Assembly: GCA_000320545.1 (NCBI GenBank) | Contig: ADNK01003252.1 | Coordinates: 11,498-75,497, forward strand | DNA length: 64,000 bases | Origin: Bigelowiella natans CCMP2755 | Lineage: Eukaryota > Protista > Cercozoa | Direction: 5' to 3' | Shown: in pieces, positions 63,523 through 64,000 of the stretch | Numbering within the stretch: the stretch's first letter is position 1 | Layout of the letters: each line of letters starts with the position of its first letter | The notes under the pieces: generated by a model | Databases searched by the model: none | What the model was told of the DNA's origin: nothing | What the model saw: the letters and a program-made list of their open reading frames with translations, nothing else | Made by a program: the position numbers and the translations under genes

Positions 63523-64000
63523 CGCGTTTGTGTGTTTGGAGCAACACCGACTTTTGAATCATCGGTTATCATTATTCAAGCAGCAGTCTCAATGACGATG
63601 ACATCAACAATGATGCTATGAAATCATGGAATGATAACTAGGGGGGTGGTTGATGATGATGATGGTGATGATGACTACTAGACTTTTCTCTATTTTAGTT
63701 CGAGTTTTTGCGAAGGCCCATACCATCATCATCATCACCATAATCATCATACATCATCATCCACTGTATCATCAACAACAAAATCTTTTTAGATGATAAT
63801 AATAAATGAATGATGATAAGAATAGATAGTACATTTGTAAATGCGACGAAGGATATATATCGTGAGGGAGACGACGACGACGACGACGAATGATGATGAT
63901 GATGATGATGAGCGACTTTTGGTATCCCCTTTCGCCTTGATAGAAGAGGATGAACCTCGCCCATCATCATTCCTCTTTGTGTCTCCCTCCTCCTCCTCCA
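62380..64000 (-). CDS. Possible 3' part of a multi-exon gene running off the window
   Basis: Short exon-like pieces (FLKGDDVPKFPKLNFLE, YVDAKGKAEITVKLYIRARG) among microsatellite-rich intron-like DNA. Not modelled. Confidence 0.3.

Noticed and set aside
1-64000. A deaminase, methyltransferase or polymerase gene that could encode the mutator
   Set aside because: No HxE..PCxxC deaminase, DPPY/NPPY methyltransferase or Y-family polymerase motifs were seen in the host-like genes; the enzyme, if any, lies elsewhere.

Overview
Intron-rich eukaryotic (probably protist) nuclear DNA made of two kinds of sequence. The host gene regions have normal TpA content, GT-AG introns and many microsatellites. 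They contain UTP11 (11 exons), an ADAM-like metalloprotease with a doubled prodomain plus CAP and TM domains, a secreted alpha/beta-hydrolase, a long coiled-coil gene, a VWD-like gene and two unknown genes. Four transposon/repeat blocks (~10.2-28.5, 30.8-32.3, 44.0-55.0 and 60.1-62.1 kb) hold two nested Ty1/Copia elements, a solo LTR, LINE sequences and an inverted-duplicated CACTA/EnSpm-like transposase. Main discovery: inside the repeat blocks TpA has been almost completely converted to TpG or CpA (A:T->G:C on either strand). Conserved Tyr residues read Cys/His, duplicated copies differ by reciprocal TG/CA swaps, and a tandem tRNA-Met primer site reads GGTCATG in one copy and GGTTGTG in the other (ancestral GGTTATG). 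CTAG is selectively spared and the effect fades toward genes. This looks like a repeat-targeted, DNA-level, TpA-specific hypermutation system, the mirror image of fungal RIP (CpA->TpA). No enzyme for it is visible in this window. All counts were made by eye.
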